From Spirochaetota bacterium (GTDB lineage Bacteria > Spirochaetota > Spirochaetia > JABEVK01): 64,000 nucleotides of DNA. The stretch spans positions 25,941 to 89,940 of the forward strand of contig JAIFLN010000055.1 of the NCBI GenBank assembly GCA_020049045.1, given 5' to 3'. Below are positions 17,031 through 28,606 of this stretch, in pieces. Under the pieces are notes generated by a model, which had not been told where the DNA came from, searched no databases, and saw nothing but the letters and a program-made list of their open reading frames with translations. Positions within the stretch are counted from its first letter, which is position 1. Each line of letters starts with the position of its first letter. The position numbers and the translations under genes were made by a program.

Positions 17031-18597
17031 ATTCACTCCACCATCCCAAACCTTGCCCGTTGTTGCCCCAAATCCATCGGCCCTCCCAAATAACAAGGGC
17101 GGAAACCCCACCGGAGGGCAATCCGTCCAAGGGTCCCAGTGTAATTTTTTCACCACTGATTTCTGCTGCAATCCCTTCGTCAAGAAAACCCCAGACAAGT
17201 TCCAAACCTGACCAAGCGGCTGCTGTGACATACTCAGAACCTCGTGACACAGGGACGAGACGGTTCTGCTCCAGCCGCCAGGCTCCTTCACCCCAAGTCC
17301 CCACAGCCCAAGCCTGATAATCCTGACGGGGCTCAATCACCGAGATATTGAAAGGACCAGCCTGTCCTTCTGCGGAAACCGGACTCCAGATACCGTCTTT
17401 CCAAGACCACAAGCCCCGATCCTTCGTGCCCACCCAGAATCCGCCCTGCCCGTCAGAAGCCAGAGCGTTCAAAAAAGGACCTGCACCCTGATCATCAATC
17501 AGTGTCCACTGGCCACGCTCCCAGCGCCAGAGTCCTTGGCCAAGATAGGCTACCCAGAGCGACTCCTCACTGTCGGCAACAACGCCCTGGATGCGTAAGC
17601 CCGTCCACCCCGGGGGGTAAGGAAAGGAACGCCAACTACCGGTAACCTTACTGTAGCGCAGGAAGTTCTGGTCCTGGAAGGCATAGACAAACCAAGCTGT
17701 CGCCGTCAGAGACTTGATAGGAGTGACCGTCGAATCTGGCTGCCTAATCAGTTCAGCTGTCTTTGCAGTTAAAGACCATCGAATAAGCGCTCCATTCCAG
17801 GTTCCAACCCAGAGGTCATCGCGATCGAGGATGACAGTAGAAACATAATCATCACCACCCGATTCAACGAGACTCTTGGTGCCCAGGAACAGTCTCTGAC
17901 GAAGGAGCCTCGCCTTGCGGGCATCACTAGTATCTAGCCAGGGGCCGTTTGTCAAACCCCAGAGCGATCTGCCCAATATCGAATCCTTTAGTCTGAACGT
18001 TTGATCCCAGGCAAGTTCAAGGTGAACTACGGGAGCAGGGAATACCTGTGCCGCCTTGTCGAGCCAAAGCCTTGCTGGCGCAGCCATAGAAGCTTGGTCA
18101 AAGGTTTCCCAGAGCGTCCAGGAAGACCGGAATTTTTCCTCTGGCGAACTGGCGTTATCGTAAATCAATTCCAATTTTTGTACTCGGCTGGCTAGAGGTG
18201 TTGCACCATCAAGGACTTCATTCCAGAGAAGTTTCTGTTCGGTCCATAAACGTGCCGGAAGTCCCAGACGCTTCGAAAGTGCGGGTTGACGGATCCAGCC
18301 AAAGGGCCAGAGCTCCAAATTCAGCGGCGAAAGTGTCGCAAAATGGGGGCTCTTCACAAGGAGTGAAGGAGGGATTGGTGTGTCAGGAGCAGAAATGGGA
18401 AGAGACTCGAAAGCAGGCAGTTTCAGCCATAAAGAGGGCTCTGAAATCGGTGAGAACGGGGGCTCTTCACGGGATAGAGGAGAAGCTTTGAAAGTTGACT
18501 CGAGCTCAGGTGCCGGAGGAATCGGAGTTGTTGTACAAGAATAAAGGAGAAATGGAACCAGCAGAGTCGTCCATCTGAGGCTCATTAGAGCATCCAC
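17005..18597 (-). CDS. lipoprotein with two-component-regulator-propeller-like repeats
   Basis: The signal ends in LLYSC. Repeats LWVGTWNGALIRW, LWVAYLGQGLWRW, FWVGTKDRGLWSW and AVGTWGEGAWRL resemble Reg_prop beta-propeller blades. Confidence 0.6.
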   Translation of the reverse strand: MDALMSLRWTTLLVPFLLYSCTTTPIPPAPELESTFKASPLSREEPPFSPISEPSLWLKLPAFESLPISAPDTPIPPSLLVKSPHFATLSPLNLELWPFGWIRQPALSKRLGLPARLWTEQKLLWNEVLDGATPLASRVQKLELIYDNASSPEEKFRSSWTLWETFDQASMAAPARLWLDKAAQVFPAPVVHLELAWDQTFRLKDSILGRSLWGLTNGPWLDTSDARKARLLRQRLFLGTKSLVESGGDDYVSTVILDRDDLWVGTWNGALIRWSLTAKTAELIRQPDSTVTPIKSLTATAWFVYAFQDQNFLRYSKVTGSWRSFPYPPGWTGLRIQGVVADSEESLWVAYLGQGLWRWERGQWTLIDDQGAGPFLNALASDGQGGFWVGTKDRGLWSWKDGIWSPVSAEGQAGPFNISVIEPRQDYQAWAVGTWGEGAWRLEQNRLVPVSRGSEYVTAAAWSGLELVWGFLDEGIAAEISGEKITLGPLDGLPSGGVSALVIWEGRWIWGNNGQGLGWWSEYENPEIHR

Positions 18598-19895
18598 GGC
18601 TTTGGCAATGTAAAGCGGCGCGGGATTTTTCCCCAGACAAGGAGGCTAGGTACAGATTTGGCCAAGGACTCAAAGATCAGGTTTCGTTCCTGAATGGAAA
18701 CGGGAACAGAAAGTACATTCAAAGTTGCCTCGACACCAAGAGCTGAACCATAGGTATCGAACTGTTTCCACAGACGCCCCACACGGTTCTCCATTTTTTC
18801 CGCCGCTAGAATAACACCTCCCAGTAGAGCCGACCGAGCGTTGTCCCATTCCTCGTCGGTGGGCGGATCGGAAACAAGCCGGTCAATCTCAAAGGCTAAA
18901 GCAGTGAGCAATGGTGTTGTATTTTCTGGGGCACATGTGGCGAAAAACTGCAGCCCCCAAGTGCCAACCGAATCGAAAACTTGGCTGGTTACACTGTAAC
19001 AAAGACCTCGCTGTTCCCGAATTGACTGGAACAACCTGGAACTCATAGTTTCACCCCAGAGCATTGAGAAAATCTGCCAGATAGCCGCCGCCCTGGCTGA
19101 TATAGGCACCGGGAACGAAAAGCCTCCCAGAATCTGAATCATCTGGAAATCAGCTTTTTGAATCCATCGCTGGGATGACGGAAAAAAGTTACTTGGAATC
19201 GCTGCCGTTTGTTTTTTTTCTGGAAGGACAATTCCATTCAACCGCTCTGCTAGAGCCTGACGTATTTTTTCTGGATCAACACCGCCGGAGAAAGAAACCG
19301 TCAGACGATCAAGCGTACCATATTCAGCCCACCAAGCGCGGGCTTCCTCCAAAGTGATGTCCGCCAAACTCTCTTCTGTCCCGGCAACTGGACGACTCCA
19401 GTCCCCGGGACTCAATGTCTGAAGAAAGTGGTCATAGGACAATTCCTCAGGATCCTCCAGACTGGAAAGGATCTCGTTACGGATCACTTCTTTTTCATGA
19501 AGAAACTCATTCTCAGGAAAGGTCGGATGAAGGCAAAGTTCGGTTAGTGCCTCCACAGCAACTTTCCAAGACTCGGCAGGAACCGTGCATGTGAAGGCAA
19601 GCTCTTCGCGGTCTGTCCATGCGTTTAAGTCTCCCCCAACGCGATCGACCAGTCTTGCAAGCGAAACTGCAGAATGGTTGGTGGTTCCCTTGAAAACCAG
19701 GTGTTCCACCAAATGGGCAGTCCCGGCTTTACCAGGAGGGTCAAACCGCGATCCCGTAGCAAAAAAAAATCCCAGGGAGAACGTGCGGCTGTGCCCCACA
19801 CTCTCCCATAGGATTTTAGCGCCGTGGGGAAGGCGGCCGAAACCAATGTCTTCAGCCATATCCTTCCTTCCGTTCAGATCTTCAGACGTCGGCAA
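18585..19895 (-). CDS. M16-family (pitrilysin-like) zinc peptidase
   Basis: The [11 protein letters not shown] sequence carries the HxxEH inverted zinc motif. The start could instead be the internal Met at 19859. Confidence 0.85.
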   Translation of the reverse strand: MPTSEDLNGRKDMAEDIGFGRLPHGAKILWESVGHSRTFSLGFFFATGSRFDPPGKAGTAHLVEHLVFKGTTNHSAVSLARLVDRVGGDLNAWTDREELAFTCTVPAESWKVAVEALTELCLHPTFPENEFLHEKEVIRNEILSSLEDPEELSYDHFLQTLSPGDWSRPVAGTEESLADITLEEARAWWAEYGTLDRLTVSFSGGVDPEKIRQALAERLNGIVLPEKKQTAAIPSNFFPSSQRWIQKADFQMIQILGGFSFPVPISARAAAIWQIFSMLWGETMSSRLFQSIREQRGLCYSVTSQVFDSVGTWGLQFFATCAPENTTPLLTALAFEIDRLVSDPPTDEEWDNARSALLGGVILAAEKMENRVGRLWKQFDTYGSALGVEATLNVLSVPVSIQERNLIFESLAKSVPSLLVWGKIPRRFTLPKPWML

Positions 19896-21951
19896 TACTC
19901 AGATTGAGACGGCCCATCTTATCGACTTCAACGAGTCGGACTTTGACAGCTTGACCTTCCTTGAGGATGTCCGAAACAGAATTAACCCGTTCCTTGCTCA
20001 TCTTGGAAATGTGGCAAAGTCCTTCCTTGCCTGGGAGGATCTCAATAAAAGCGCCGAAGTCCATCAGCCGTTTGACGGTACCGCTGTAGACACGACCGAC
20101 TTCGGGATCTTGAACCATGCCCTTGATCTTTCCTTCTGCCAGTTCGGAACCTTCCCGATTCTTGCTGTAGATGGTCACGGTGCCGTCGTTGTCGATATTG
20201 ATCCGTGCACCGGTTTCTTCGCTGATCGCCTTGATGTTCTTTCCACCAGGTCCAATGATCAGGCCGATTTTGTCCGGATCAATCTTCATGGTCAGAATCT
20301 TGGGAGCAAAGGGAGAAATGTTGCTGGCAGGCTTATCGAGCACCTTGTTCATGATGCCCAGAATGTGGAACCGGCCTTCTTTGGCCTGGCTCAGAGCTTT
20401 GGTCATGATCTCCCGGGTGACGTTGGACACCTTGATGTCCATCTGGAAGCCTGTGATTCCGGCTTCGGTACCCGCCACTTTGAAGTCCATGTCGCCCAGG
20501 TGATCTTCTTCCCCCAGAATATCCGAGAGGACTTTCCATCGCTTGCCATCGGTCACCAGACCCATGGCGATACCGGCTACCGGGCGCTTCATGGGCACAC
20601 CGGCGGCTAGAAGCGAGAGAGAACCACCGCACACTGACGCCATCGAGGAAGAACCATTGGATTCGAGAACTTCTGAAACGACCCGGACGGTATAAGGGAA
20701 ACTGGTGTAATCGGGCAAAACGTTCTGCAACGAGCGCTGAGCCAAATGTCCATGGCCGATTTCACGACGTCCTGTCGACAACCGTCCGGTCTCCCCCACC
20801 GAAAAGGGAGGGAAATTGTAATGCAGCATGAAGGTGGCACGCTTGTCGCCGTCGATCGTGTCCATGATCTGTTCATCAAACACCGTACCGAGGGTCGAGA
20901 CAGCCAATGCCTGAGTTTCACCGCGGGTGAACAAGGCCGAACCGTGGGTCCGTGGCAAAAGGTCAATTTCGCAGGCGATGGGCCTGATCTGACTGGTATT
21001 CCGGCCATCAGCCCGAAGGTCTTTTGCGAGAATATTCTCGCGCAAGATGTCCCGTTCCAGGTCTTCGATAATGCCATGGATGAGTCCACGGTCACCTTCT
21101 GGAATCGAAGCATCAAACTTGGCGTGGACCTCGGCCTCGACAGCTTGGATAGCGGCAACCCGCTCAAACTTGCCCTTTACGAAACAGGCGACTTCCATCT
21201 TTGCCTGGGCAAAAGCCAGAACCTCACCTTCGTTGGCCAATTTCTTCTCGGCAAACTTGGGCATGGGCAACTTCTTTTTACCAATCGCAGCCACGAGCTC
21301 GCGCTGAATTCGGCAAAGCTCCTTGATAAAGCCCTCGGCCTTCTCAATGGCGGCCAGAAGCAGTTCCTCAGAAACTTCCTTGGCACCGCCTTCGACCATG
21401 GTAATGCCGGACTCAGTACCCGCTACCACAATCTCAAGCTCACTGGCTTCAATCTGCTCAAAGGTCGGATTGACCACGAGCTCACCCTTCACGCTGGCAA
21501 TCCGCACGGCAGCCACAGGGCCGTCGAAGGGAATGTCAGAAATGGCAACGGCCGTGAAAGCCGCGACCATGCCGATCACATCGGGTGGATTGATCTGGTC
21601 TGCGGAAATCGTGGTGGGAACAACTTGGATTTCACGGGCAAACTTCTTGTCGAACAATGGCCGCATGGGTCGGTCAATCAGCCGGGATACAAGAATTTCC
21701 TTATCCCGGGGCCGAGCCTCACGTTTGAGAAACCCACCGGGGATTTTCCCAGCGGCATAATATTTTTCATTGTATTCGACCGAAAGCGGAACAAAGTCCA
21801 AACCTTCAGTTGGTTCGGCAGCGCAACAAACGGTCGCAAGAACAACCGAGCCGCCATAGGTGGCCAAGACGGCACCATTGGCTTGTTTAGCCATCTTTCC
21901 TGTTTCGAGAATCAGCTCTTCATTGCCTAGCTTTAGGCGTACTTGGTGCAT
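19882..21951 (-). CDS. pnp: polyribonucleotide nucleotidyltransferase (PNPase)
   Basis: Two RNase PH-like domains are followed by KH ([10 protein letters not shown]) and S1 ([18 protein letters not shown]) domains. Confidence 0.97.
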   Translation of the reverse strand: MHQVRLKLGNEELILETGKMAKQANGAVLATYGGSVVLATVCCAAEPTEGLDFVPLSVEYNEKYYAAGKIPGGFLKREARPRDKEILVSRLIDRPMRPLFDKKFAREIQVVPTTISADQINPPDVIGMVAAFTAVAISDIPFDGPVAAVRIASVKGELVVNPTFEQIEASELEIVVAGTESGITMVEGGAKEVSEELLLAAIEKAEGFIKELCRIQRELVAAIGKKKLPMPKFAEKKLANEGEVLAFAQAKMEVACFVKGKFERVAAIQAVEAEVHAKFDASIPEGDRGLIHGIIEDLERDILRENILAKDLRADGRNTSQIRPIACEIDLLPRTHGSALFTRGETQALAVSTLGTVFDEQIMDTIDGDKRATFMLHYNFPPFSVGETGRLSTGRREIGHGHLAQRSLQNVLPDYTSFPYTVRVVSEVLESNGSSSMASVCGGSLSLLAAGVPMKRPVAGIAMGLVTDGKRWKVLSDILGEEDHLGDMDFKVAGTEAGITGFQMDIKVSNVTREIMTKALSQAKEGRFHILGIMNKVLDKPASNISPFAPKILTMKIDPDKIGLIIGPGGKNIKAISEETGARINIDNDGTVTIYSKNREGSELAEGKIKGMVQDPEVGRVYSGTVKRLMDFGAFIEILPGKEGLCHISKMSKERVNSVSDILKEGQAVKVRLVEVDKMGRLNLSIADV

Positions 21952-21961
21952 GATTCGCCTC

Positions 21962-22231
21962 TTACTTTCTCAAGCCGAGCTTTTCAATAAGCGTGCGGTA
22001 ACCTGCGAGGTTGGTGGTCTGAAGGTAGCGCAGCAGACGGCGACGCTGTCCAACCAACTGCAACAGTCCGCGACGGGAATTGTGGTCTTTTTTGGACACC
22101 TTGAAATGCTCAGTCAGGTACTGTATCCGCGCGGTAATGAGGGCAATCTGCACCTCGGTGGAACCTGTGTTAGCAGCTGCACCGCCAAAATCGGCGACAA
22201 TCTTCGCCTTTTCTTCCTTACTCAAAGCCAT
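21962..22231 (-). CDS. rpsO: 30S ribosomal protein S15
   Basis: [12 protein letters not shown]...[35 protein letters not shown] is typical of S15. I trimmed the start from the track start at 22309. Confidence 0.95.
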   Translation of the reverse strand: MALSKEEKAKIVADFGGAAANTGSTEVQIALITARIQYLTEHFKVSKKDHNSRRGLLQLVGQRRRLLRYLQTTNLAGYRTLIEKLGLRK

Positions 22232-22241
22232 TGTGTACTCC

Positions 22242-23036
22242 TTATACAAACACAATTTGTTGAAAACTATTCCCCGGGGGAGACTCCCAGGATAAATGCT
22301 CTCGATCAACCCTTAAGTCCGTGTTTAGCCCATCCAAGCGTACCGGATACAGACCCGGCGGCGGTAGAAGCTTTCCCACAACGCTGCGGTCAACGGTGCA
22401 ACGACCGCCGCCCCATCGGAAGGGAGGTTCCAAGGGAAGAACATAGGGCCGTCCTAAAAGGGACCGGGCCTCTGACAGCTTCCCCTCAGCAATAGCCTGA
22501 CGAACCGCAGAGCTACTGACAGGCCGACCTTCGAGTGTGAAGGGTGGCAATACGGTAAGCCTCGTTTCGGGATCGGCAAGCCAGCCAAGATCCGCTGCTG
22601 TTGTGGCCGAGTTTTTTCCAAAAGAAAAATTCCAGCCCAACACCAGTTTGGAAAAGACAAAAGATTTTTTTAGGGTTAAAAAAAAATCCCTGCCGGACAT
22701 TTTACTGAAACCAGGGGAAAAGTCAATGACGACAACGTGGTCTACCCCAGCATCCGCCAAGGCTTGAACCTTCTCTTCCCAGGTCATTAGATCACCGGGG
22801 TAGCCGGGGTTGAGGAGCTTTTTAGGGTTGTCCCGGAAGGTGACAACAAGAGACTCGCCCTGCCCCGGACCGCTGCGGCGAAGTTCCTCAATCAATGCTT
22901 GATGTCCTCTATGGACTCCATCGAAAACACCTATTGTTGCGGCCAGGGGATTTGGCAATAAGGGATTCGTACCTACGGTGGACCAAGGATAAATGGTCAA
23001 GAATCCCTTCCCCGATCCACAAAGAGATAGGTCCAA
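22242..23036 (-). CDS. ribF: riboflavin kinase / FMN adenylyltransferase-like protein
   Basis: The FAD synthetase N-terminal motif is [15 protein letters not shown]. The C-terminal kinase part is short and divergent. Confidence 0.78.
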   Translation of the reverse strand: MDLSLCGSGKGFLTIYPWSTVGTNPLLPNPLAATIGVFDGVHRGHQALIEELRRSGPGQGESLVVTFRDNPKKLLNPGYPGDLMTWEEKVQALADAGVDHVVVIDFSPGFSKMSGRDFFLTLKKSFVFSKLVLGWNFSFGKNSATTAADLGWLADPETRLTVLPPFTLEGRPVSSSAVRQAIAEGKLSEARSLLGRPYVLPLEPPFRWGGGRCTVDRSVVGKLLPPPGLYPVRLDGLNTDLRVDREHLSWESPPGNSFQQIVFV

Positions 23037-23869
23037 CGGGACAGTACCCGCTCTACCAAAGCAAACAGTTTACCTTGTGAGGAAATCAAACCGACACGAT
23101 CGCTGGTTTGGGAATCGAGTCCAGGGACAAATACCCCGGGATCACGGCCATTCAGGACGGGAAGAACCGATTCCGCAGGGACTTCCAGAACGGGAATTCC
23201 CAGAGTATTGAGAGACCACAGGGCGTCTTTGAACTCCATAGGTTCTTCAGGAAGGTCAAAAGGTCCAACCCGAAGACGATTCAGTCTGGTGACATAAGCA
23301 CCACAACCCGCAGCACGCCCCCAGTCTCTGGCAATGGAACGAATGTAGGTTCCTTTAGAACAATGGATACGAACCGTTAAGACCGGACTGGACCAGGAAA
23401 CGACATCGAGGGAATATACCGTAACCGCTCGGGCTGGAAGATCCAGAATCTGCCCTGATCGAACCCTATCGGAAGCACGCTTTCCCTGCACATGGATCGC
23501 ACTGTAATCCGGAGGGATCTGCATTAAAGGACCAATCCACCGGGAAGCCAGCAAGGGCACACGATCGTCCGGGATGGTTTTACCTTCAAACACGACAGTA
23601 CCCGTTGGGTCTAGAGTATCAGTTTCCACCCCAAAGGTAAAATCTGCCTCATACACTTTATCGAAGGCTGTAAACAAAGGGTTGAACTTAGTGAATTTTC
23701 CAACAAGTACAACCAAGAGTCCTTGTGCAAAAGAATCGAGAGTCCCGGTGTGCCCAACGGTATTTCCGTAAAGCCTCTTGACCGGATAAAGAGCTTGAAA
23801 AGAGGTTCGGCCCGGTTCCTTCTTTAAAAGAACCAAGCCGTTGGTCGGCTCAGGAACGGTTGGCCTCAT
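22997..23869 (-). CDS. truB: tRNA pseudouridine55 synthase
   Basis: Supporting motifs are GLVLLKKEPGRTSF, VGHTGTLDSFAQGLL and PPDYSAIHVQGKRA. Confidence 0.92.
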   Translation of the reverse strand: MRPTVPEPTNGLVLLKKEPGRTSFQALYPVKRLYGNTVGHTGTLDSFAQGLLVVLVGKFTKFNPLFTAFDKVYEADFTFGVETDTLDPTGTVVFEGKTIPDDRVPLLASRWIGPLMQIPPDYSAIHVQGKRASDRVRSGQILDLPARAVTVYSLDVVSWSSPVLTVRIHCSKGTYIRSIARDWGRAAGCGAYVTRLNRLRVGPFDLPEEPMEFKDALWSLNTLGIPVLEVPAESVLPVLNGRDPGVFVPGLDSQTSDRVGLISSQGKLFALVERVLSRWTYLFVDRGRDS

Positions 23870-24200
23870 CGATGATTCGGTTCAACTCCATGGACTTTTG
23901 GATCGAGTCGTCGGCAAAGAACAACATTCGGGGAACGGTTCTCATTGATAAACGCTTCATCAAGAGACCTTGAATAAAGCCAGAGGCGTGATTCAAGGCC
24001 TCAACAGCTTTTTCAACTGTTGTCTCCTTCTGAAACGATGAGATATACACTTTTGCCTGACTCAGATCATTGCTAACCTTGACCAAACTCACAGAAAGAA
24101 AAGTGCTCACCCTGGGGTCTTTGATCTCCTGAGTCAGAATCATCTGACTCAGGACACCTTGGATGAGACTTTCTACTTTCTTTTTTCGAACTTCGTTCAT
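23850..24200 (-). CDS. rbfA: ribosome-binding factor A
   Basis: The sequence contains EIKDPRV...VKVSNDLSQAKVY. The gene sits between infB and truB. Confidence 0.9.
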   Translation of the reverse strand: MNEVRKKKVESLIQGVLSQMILTQEIKDPRVSTFLSVSLVKVSNDLSQAKVYISSFQKETTVEKAVEALNHASGFIQGLLMKRLSMRTVPRMLFFADDSIQKSMELNRIIDEANRS

Positions 24201-27103
24201 GACGGAGCAGACGCCGAGGACTTAGCGATCTGTGCCTTTTTTGCAGCTTCAGCAGCTTGGGTCTCAGCAATCGTGATTCCCAATTTCTTGGCAACCTTGG
24301 TTTGTTCTACCACTTCAAAGACGTCACCGACCTTGACATCTGTATAGTTGTCAACGCTCATACCGCACTCAAAGCCCTCCACGACTTCCTTGGCATCGTC
24401 TTTGAAACGGCGAAGTGACGTAACCTTACCGGAGTAGATCTGAATACCTTCGCGAATGATATTGACATGACTGGTACGTTTGACCTTACCCGATGTGACC
24501 ATACAACCAGCCACCAAACCAATTTTGGGAACCTTGAAAGTATCGCGCACTTCCACCTGGCCGATGACCTCTTCACGCACCTCGGGCGCCAACATTCCTT
24601 CCATCGCATCGCGGATATCTTCAACGGCATCGTAGATAATATTGTACTTGCGGATCTCGACCTTTTCGCGCTCGGCAATCTGCTGTGCCTTGCTCGTTGG
24701 CCGGACATGAAAGCCAATGATGATTGCTTGTGAAGCCATTGCCAACGTAACGTCCTGCTCAATAATGGCACCGGCTCCAGAATGGATACAGGACAAACGG
24801 ATTTCAGCCGTGGAAAGCTTCTCGAGGGCAGCTTGAAGGGCTTCTACGGAACCGTGGACGTCGCCCTTGATAATGACCTTGAGTTCTTGGACCTCTCCGG
24901 CTTGTATGGTCGAATACAAATTGGCCAAAGTGACTTTTTTGACGTTCTTGGCTTCTTCCAACTTCTTCAGTTCCTGACGTTTCTCAGAGAAATCCTTCGA
25001 ATCGCGTTCACTTTCGGTAACTTGGAATGGATCACCGGCTCCAGGGATACCATTGAATCCCAGGACTTCGACAGGCATTGAGGGACCCGCTTCTTTGACG
25101 GGTTTCCCATGGTCATCGAACATTGCCCTTACCTTGCCGGGGAACACGCCGCCGACAAAGTAATCGCCTACCTTGAGAACACCTTTTTGAACAAGAATCG
25201 AAGCTACAACACCCCGTCCCTGATCGATCTTGGATTCTATCACCTTGCCTTCGGCTCTGCGTTTTCTGCTGGCTGTCAGTTCCATAACCTCAGCCTGAAG
25301 TAGAATCGCATCGAGCAACTCGTCAAGACCGAGACGCTTCAGCGCCGAAATCTCAACATACATAGTCGAACCACCCCATGGCTCAGGAACCAAACCGTAG
25401 TCCGAAAGCTGCTGCCGGACTCGATCAGGATTGGCTTCAGGCAAATCCACTTTATTGATGGCAACAATAATGGGAACCTTGGCCTCTTTGGCATGGTTGA
25501 TCGCTTCGATGGTCTGTGGCATGACACCATCGTTGGCGGCAACCACCAAGACAACTATGTCGGTAATCTGCGCGCCCCGGGCACGCATCAAAGTAAAGGC
25601 CTCATGGCCAGGAGTATCGAGGAAGGTTACATCACCCTTCACATGGTGAACCTTGTAAGCTCCGATATGCTGTGTAATTCCGCCATACTCACCGGCAGCC
25701 ACGTCGGTAGTCCTTATCGCATCAAGAAGCTTGGTCTTACCGTGGTCAACATGTCCCATGATCGTTACGATCGGCGGCCGATGCACCAAATCTTCCGGTG
25801 CGTCTGTCTCAGTCTCGATCACCGTTTCATCGTAGAGGGAAATAATCTTGACTTCGGTTCCGTATTCAGCGGCAAGAATCTGAGCGGTCTCGGCATCAAT
25901 CTGCTCGTTGATCGTGACCATCATCCCCATACTCATCAATTTCTGAATGAGCATGGAAGCTTTGAGGTTCATCTTCCGAGCCAGTTCGGCAACGGTAACA
26001 ACCTCCATGATCTCAACTTCTTTGGGAACAGGATTGGCTTTCGCTTGAGCCCTCTTCTTGGCCTGATTGGCCTTATCGAGGAGCTCCTCCTTTTCCTTGA
26101 GATACGTTTTTTCTTTCTTGGAGCGGAACTTCTTTGGTTGGCTGCTCTTCGTCAAGTCAACGGGAGGAGTTCCACCAGGGCCACCACCGGGACGGGGACC
26201 ATAGCCAGGGCCTCCGGGACGGGGACCATAACCAGGGCCACCGGGACGAGGACCATAACCAGGCCCCCCCGGACCACCGGGACGAGGACCATAACCGGGA
26301 CCACCAGGGCCACCGGGACGAGGACCATAGCCAGGTCCCCCCGGGCCACCGGGACGGGGACCATAATTGTTACCTTGGTAGCCTTGACCCTGAGGACGGT
26401 CGCCGTAAGGACGAGGAGGACCGCCAGGTGGGCCCCCTTGAGGACGAGGCCCGCCCCACTGACCTTGAGGACGATCGCCTTGAGGCGGGCGGTTTCCCCA
26501 CTGATTGGCAGGACGGTCGCCGTAAGGACGAGGAGGACCACCCGGTGGGCCACCCTGAGGACGAGGTCCACTCCACTGCCCCTGAGGTCGATCGCCTTGA
26601 GGGCGATCACCCTGCACAGGCCGGTCACCCTGAGGTCTCGGACCACCCCATTGTCCTGGGGGCCGGTCACCATAGGGACGAGGTTCCCGAGGAGGTCGAC
26701 CGGTTTCAATTCTTAATCCCTCAGGTTTAGGCGCGTTGGGATTGGGGGCAACCCGACGCATTTCCTGCGGTCGCTTCGAAGCAAATTCCGCAATCTTTTC
26801 TGCACTGAGGCCAGAAGGAGTGCTAGCTACGGTCGGCTTTACGGGTCCGACCGTTCCGGGAGTCGATGCCGAGGAAGCGGCAGGTCGAGGCTGTGCCTGG
26901 TTTGGGGACGGAGGTGCCACCTCGGCTTGTCCCTCGAGTCGATGGGCTACCACAACTTTCTTTACGACGGTCTTCTTCTTGACGACGACGACTGCCTTTT
27001 TCTTTTCCCCATCAGAAACCGGTTCAGGAACAGGCTGTGTTTCAGGCTTGGCATGCTTGATGAGGGTGGCCTTGGGCTTCTTGTTATCCAATTCTTCAGA
27101 CAT
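24197..27103 (-). CDS. infB: translation initiation factor IF-2
   Basis: G-domain motifs are [20 protein letters not shown] and NKVD. The N-terminal region is long and Pro/Gly-rich. Confidence 0.97.
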   Translation of the reverse strand: MSEELDNKKPKATLIKHAKPETQPVPEPVSDGEKKKAVVVVKKKTVVKKVVVAHRLEGQAEVAPPSPNQAQPRPAASSASTPGTVGPVKPTVASTPSGLSAEKIAEFASKRPQEMRRVAPNPNAPKPEGLRIETGRPPREPRPYGDRPPGQWGGPRPQGDRPVQGDRPQGDRPQGQWSGPRPQGGPPGGPPRPYGDRPANQWGNRPPQGDRPQGQWGGPRPQGGPPGGPPRPYGDRPQGQGYQGNNYGPRPGGPGGPGYGPRPGGPGGPGYGPRPGGPGGPGYGPRPGGPGYGPRPGGPGYGPRPGGGPGGTPPVDLTKSSQPKKFRSKKEKTYLKEKEELLDKANQAKKRAQAKANPVPKEVEIMEVVTVAELARKMNLKASMLIQKLMSMGMMVTINEQIDAETAQILAAEYGTEVKIISLYDETVIETETDAPEDLVHRPPIVTIMGHVDHGKTKLLDAIRTTDVAAGEYGGITQHIGAYKVHHVKGDVTFLDTPGHEAFTLMRARGAQITDIVVLVVAANDGVMPQTIEAINHAKEAKVPIIVAINKVDLPEANPDRVRQQLSDYGLVPEPWGGSTMYVEISALKRLGLDELLDAILLQAEVMELTASRKRRAEGKVIESKIDQGRGVVASILVQKGVLKVGDYFVGGVFPGKVRAMFDDHGKPVKEAGPSMPVEVLGFNGIPGAGDPFQVTESERDSKDFSEKRQELKKLEEAKNVKKVTLANLYSTIQAGEVQELKVIIKGDVHGSVEALQAALEKLSTAEIRLSCIHSGAGAIIEQDVTLAMASQAIIIGFHVRPTSKAQQIAEREKVEIRKYNIIYDAVEDIRDAMEGMLAPEVREEVIGQVEVRDTFKVPKIGLVAGCMVTSGKVKRTSHVNIIREGIQIYSGKVTSLRRFKDDAKEVVEGFECGMSVDNYTDVKVGDVFEVVEQTKVAKKLGITIAETQAAEAAKKAQIAKSSASAPS
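26168..26701 (-). repeat. in-frame tandem Pro/Gly-rich coding repeats inside infB
   Basis: The translation shows about six YGPRPGGPG(GPG) units. It also shows two longer GDRPQGQW(G/S)[20 protein letters not shown] units, at IF-2 residues about 135-312. Confidence 0.85.
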
Positions 27104-27109
27104 ATTCGG

Positions 27110-28591
27110 TTATTTTTCCTCGGCTTCCTCTTCCTCAATCTCAAAACTCAGGCCGACTCCGCAGTTGGGGCACTGGGTCATATTGATCTGGACGGGGTGC
27201 CCGCACTCTGGGCATTCGAATTCTTCTTCGTATTCTACAGCATCTTCCGGCGAATAATCAATCGGAGCTTCTTGTCCTTGTTCGTCTACGATTTCAACAT
27301 TCTCTTCGATGACCTTCATCAACGTCTCAACATCTTGAGCCGTAATTCCGTCGATCTTGCCCAGGTCTTCCCGTGAGAGATTGACCAGGGTCTCAATAAG
27401 AACAATGTTGTGCTCTGCAAGGACTCCCACCAGGCGTTCGCTGATACCTTCGAGCTCTGCTACGCTGGTGATCACCGATCCTTCGGCTTCTTCGTCATCC
27501 CGGAACAGACCGTGAGCAGTTTCACGAGCTTCACGGCTGAGGTCCATCTCGGCGAACTGCTCTTCTGTCTTGACGTCAATGCTCCAGTCAACCAGACGGT
27601 TGGCCAGCTTCACATTCAGGCCCTGTTTGCCAATAGCAAGACTGAGCTGACTTTCGGGAACAACTGCCAGAGCTTGCTTCTTCTGTTCGTCGAGGATCAC
27701 CACTTGACTGACTTGGGCAGGATTCAAGGCATTGCGGATGAACTCGCGGGGTTCAGGATCCCACTTTAGAACGTCGATGCGTTCTCCCTCGAGTTCTTTC
27801 ATAACAGCCTGAATCCGGACGCCCTTAAGCCCAACGCAGGCACCGATAGGATCGACTTCCTGTTTGACAGACCGGACTGCAATTTTGGTACGGTATCCGG
27901 CTTCTCGGACAATCTTGTGGATCAGAATCGTCTTCTCATAGATTTCTGGAACTTCAAGCTCAAAGAGTTTTTCTACGAATTTCGGGTCTCGCCTGGTCAG
28001 TACAACCTGCAGTCCGCCTGGAGTCTTGCGGACTTCACTGATCATGCTCTTGATTCGGCTGCCGGGTGCATACGTTTCACGGGGTGACTGGTTTTTCCGG
28101 GGAAGGATCCCTTCGGTGCGCCCTAAATCGACGTAGATATTGCCGTTTCGTTCGCGCTGGTAGTACCCAATGATCACCTCATTCTCTTTGCCGGAGAACT
28201 CGGAATACAAAGTGTCTTTCTGGATATCACGCAGATACTGTTTGGCACGTTGTTTGGCGGTATGCACCGACGAACGGTCAAATTCCTTAGGATCGATTTC
28301 GATCAGGATCTCGTCACCCACGGAGGCTTCTTCATTCAGCTCACGGGCATCTTTGAGTTCGATCTCACCGACAGGATCGTAAAGGTCATCGTCATCTACG
28401 ACGATCTTCTTCGCAGAAATGGTTACCTCACCAAGATCCTCGCCAAATTTGACAATGGCGTTTTCGCTGGTTCCGTAAGTCTTCTTGTAAGCAGCCAGGA
28501 GGAATTCCTCCACAACTTTCTGGACCAACTCACTGCTGATCCCCTTATCCTGGGTGATGGCTCGGATGGAATCGCTCAGTTCAGAGTTCAC
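27110..28591 (-). CDS. nusA: transcription termination/antitermination factor NusA with a C-terminal zinc-ribbon tail
   Basis: The NusA N-terminal, S1 and KH regions are recognisable (IGACVGLKGVRIQAV, LAIGKQGLNVKLA). The C-terminus ends with CPECGHPVQINMTQCPNCG and an acidic tail. Confidence 0.95.
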   Translation of the reverse strand: MNSELSDSIRAITQDKGISSELVQKVVEEFLLAAYKKTYGTSENAIVKFGEDLGEVTISAKKIVVDDDDLYDPVGEIELKDARELNEEASVGDEILIEIDPKEFDRSSVHTAKQRAKQYLRDIQKDTLYSEFSGKENEVIIGYYQRERNGNIYVDLGRTEGILPRKNQSPRETYAPGSRIKSMISEVRKTPGGLQVVLTRRDPKFVEKLFELEVPEIYEKTILIHKIVREAGYRTKIAVRSVKQEVDPIGACVGLKGVRIQAVMKELEGERIDVLKWDPEPREFIRNALNPAQVSQVVILDEQKKQALAVVPESQLSLAIGKQGLNVKLANRLVDWSIDVKTEEQFAEMDLSREARETAHGLFRDDEEAEGSVITSVAELEGISERLVGVLAEHNIVLIETLVNLSREDLGKIDGITAQDVETLMKVIEENVEIVDEQGQEAPIDYSPEDAVEYEEEFECPECGHPVQINMTQCPNCGVGLSFEIEEEEAEEK

Positions 28592-28606
28592 TCTGATCCT
28601 CCCTTG

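Noticed and set aside
19585-21930. Long plus-strand ORFs (19585..20610, 341 aa; 20746..21930, 394 aa) opposite the M16 peptidase and pnp genes.
   Set aside because: They are entirely antisense to genes with unmistakable conserved motifs. They have no recognisable motifs of their own and have odd composition. They are typical shadow ORFs.
25493-26730. Plus-strand ORFs of 407 and 198 aa, and alternative minus-frame ORFs, across the infB repeat region. This was also considered as a possible CRISPR-like repeat array.
   Set aside because: They are artefacts of the stop-free Pro/Gly codon repeats of IF-2. The repeats are in-frame coding units with no unique spacers, so this is neither a CRISPR array nor a separate gene.
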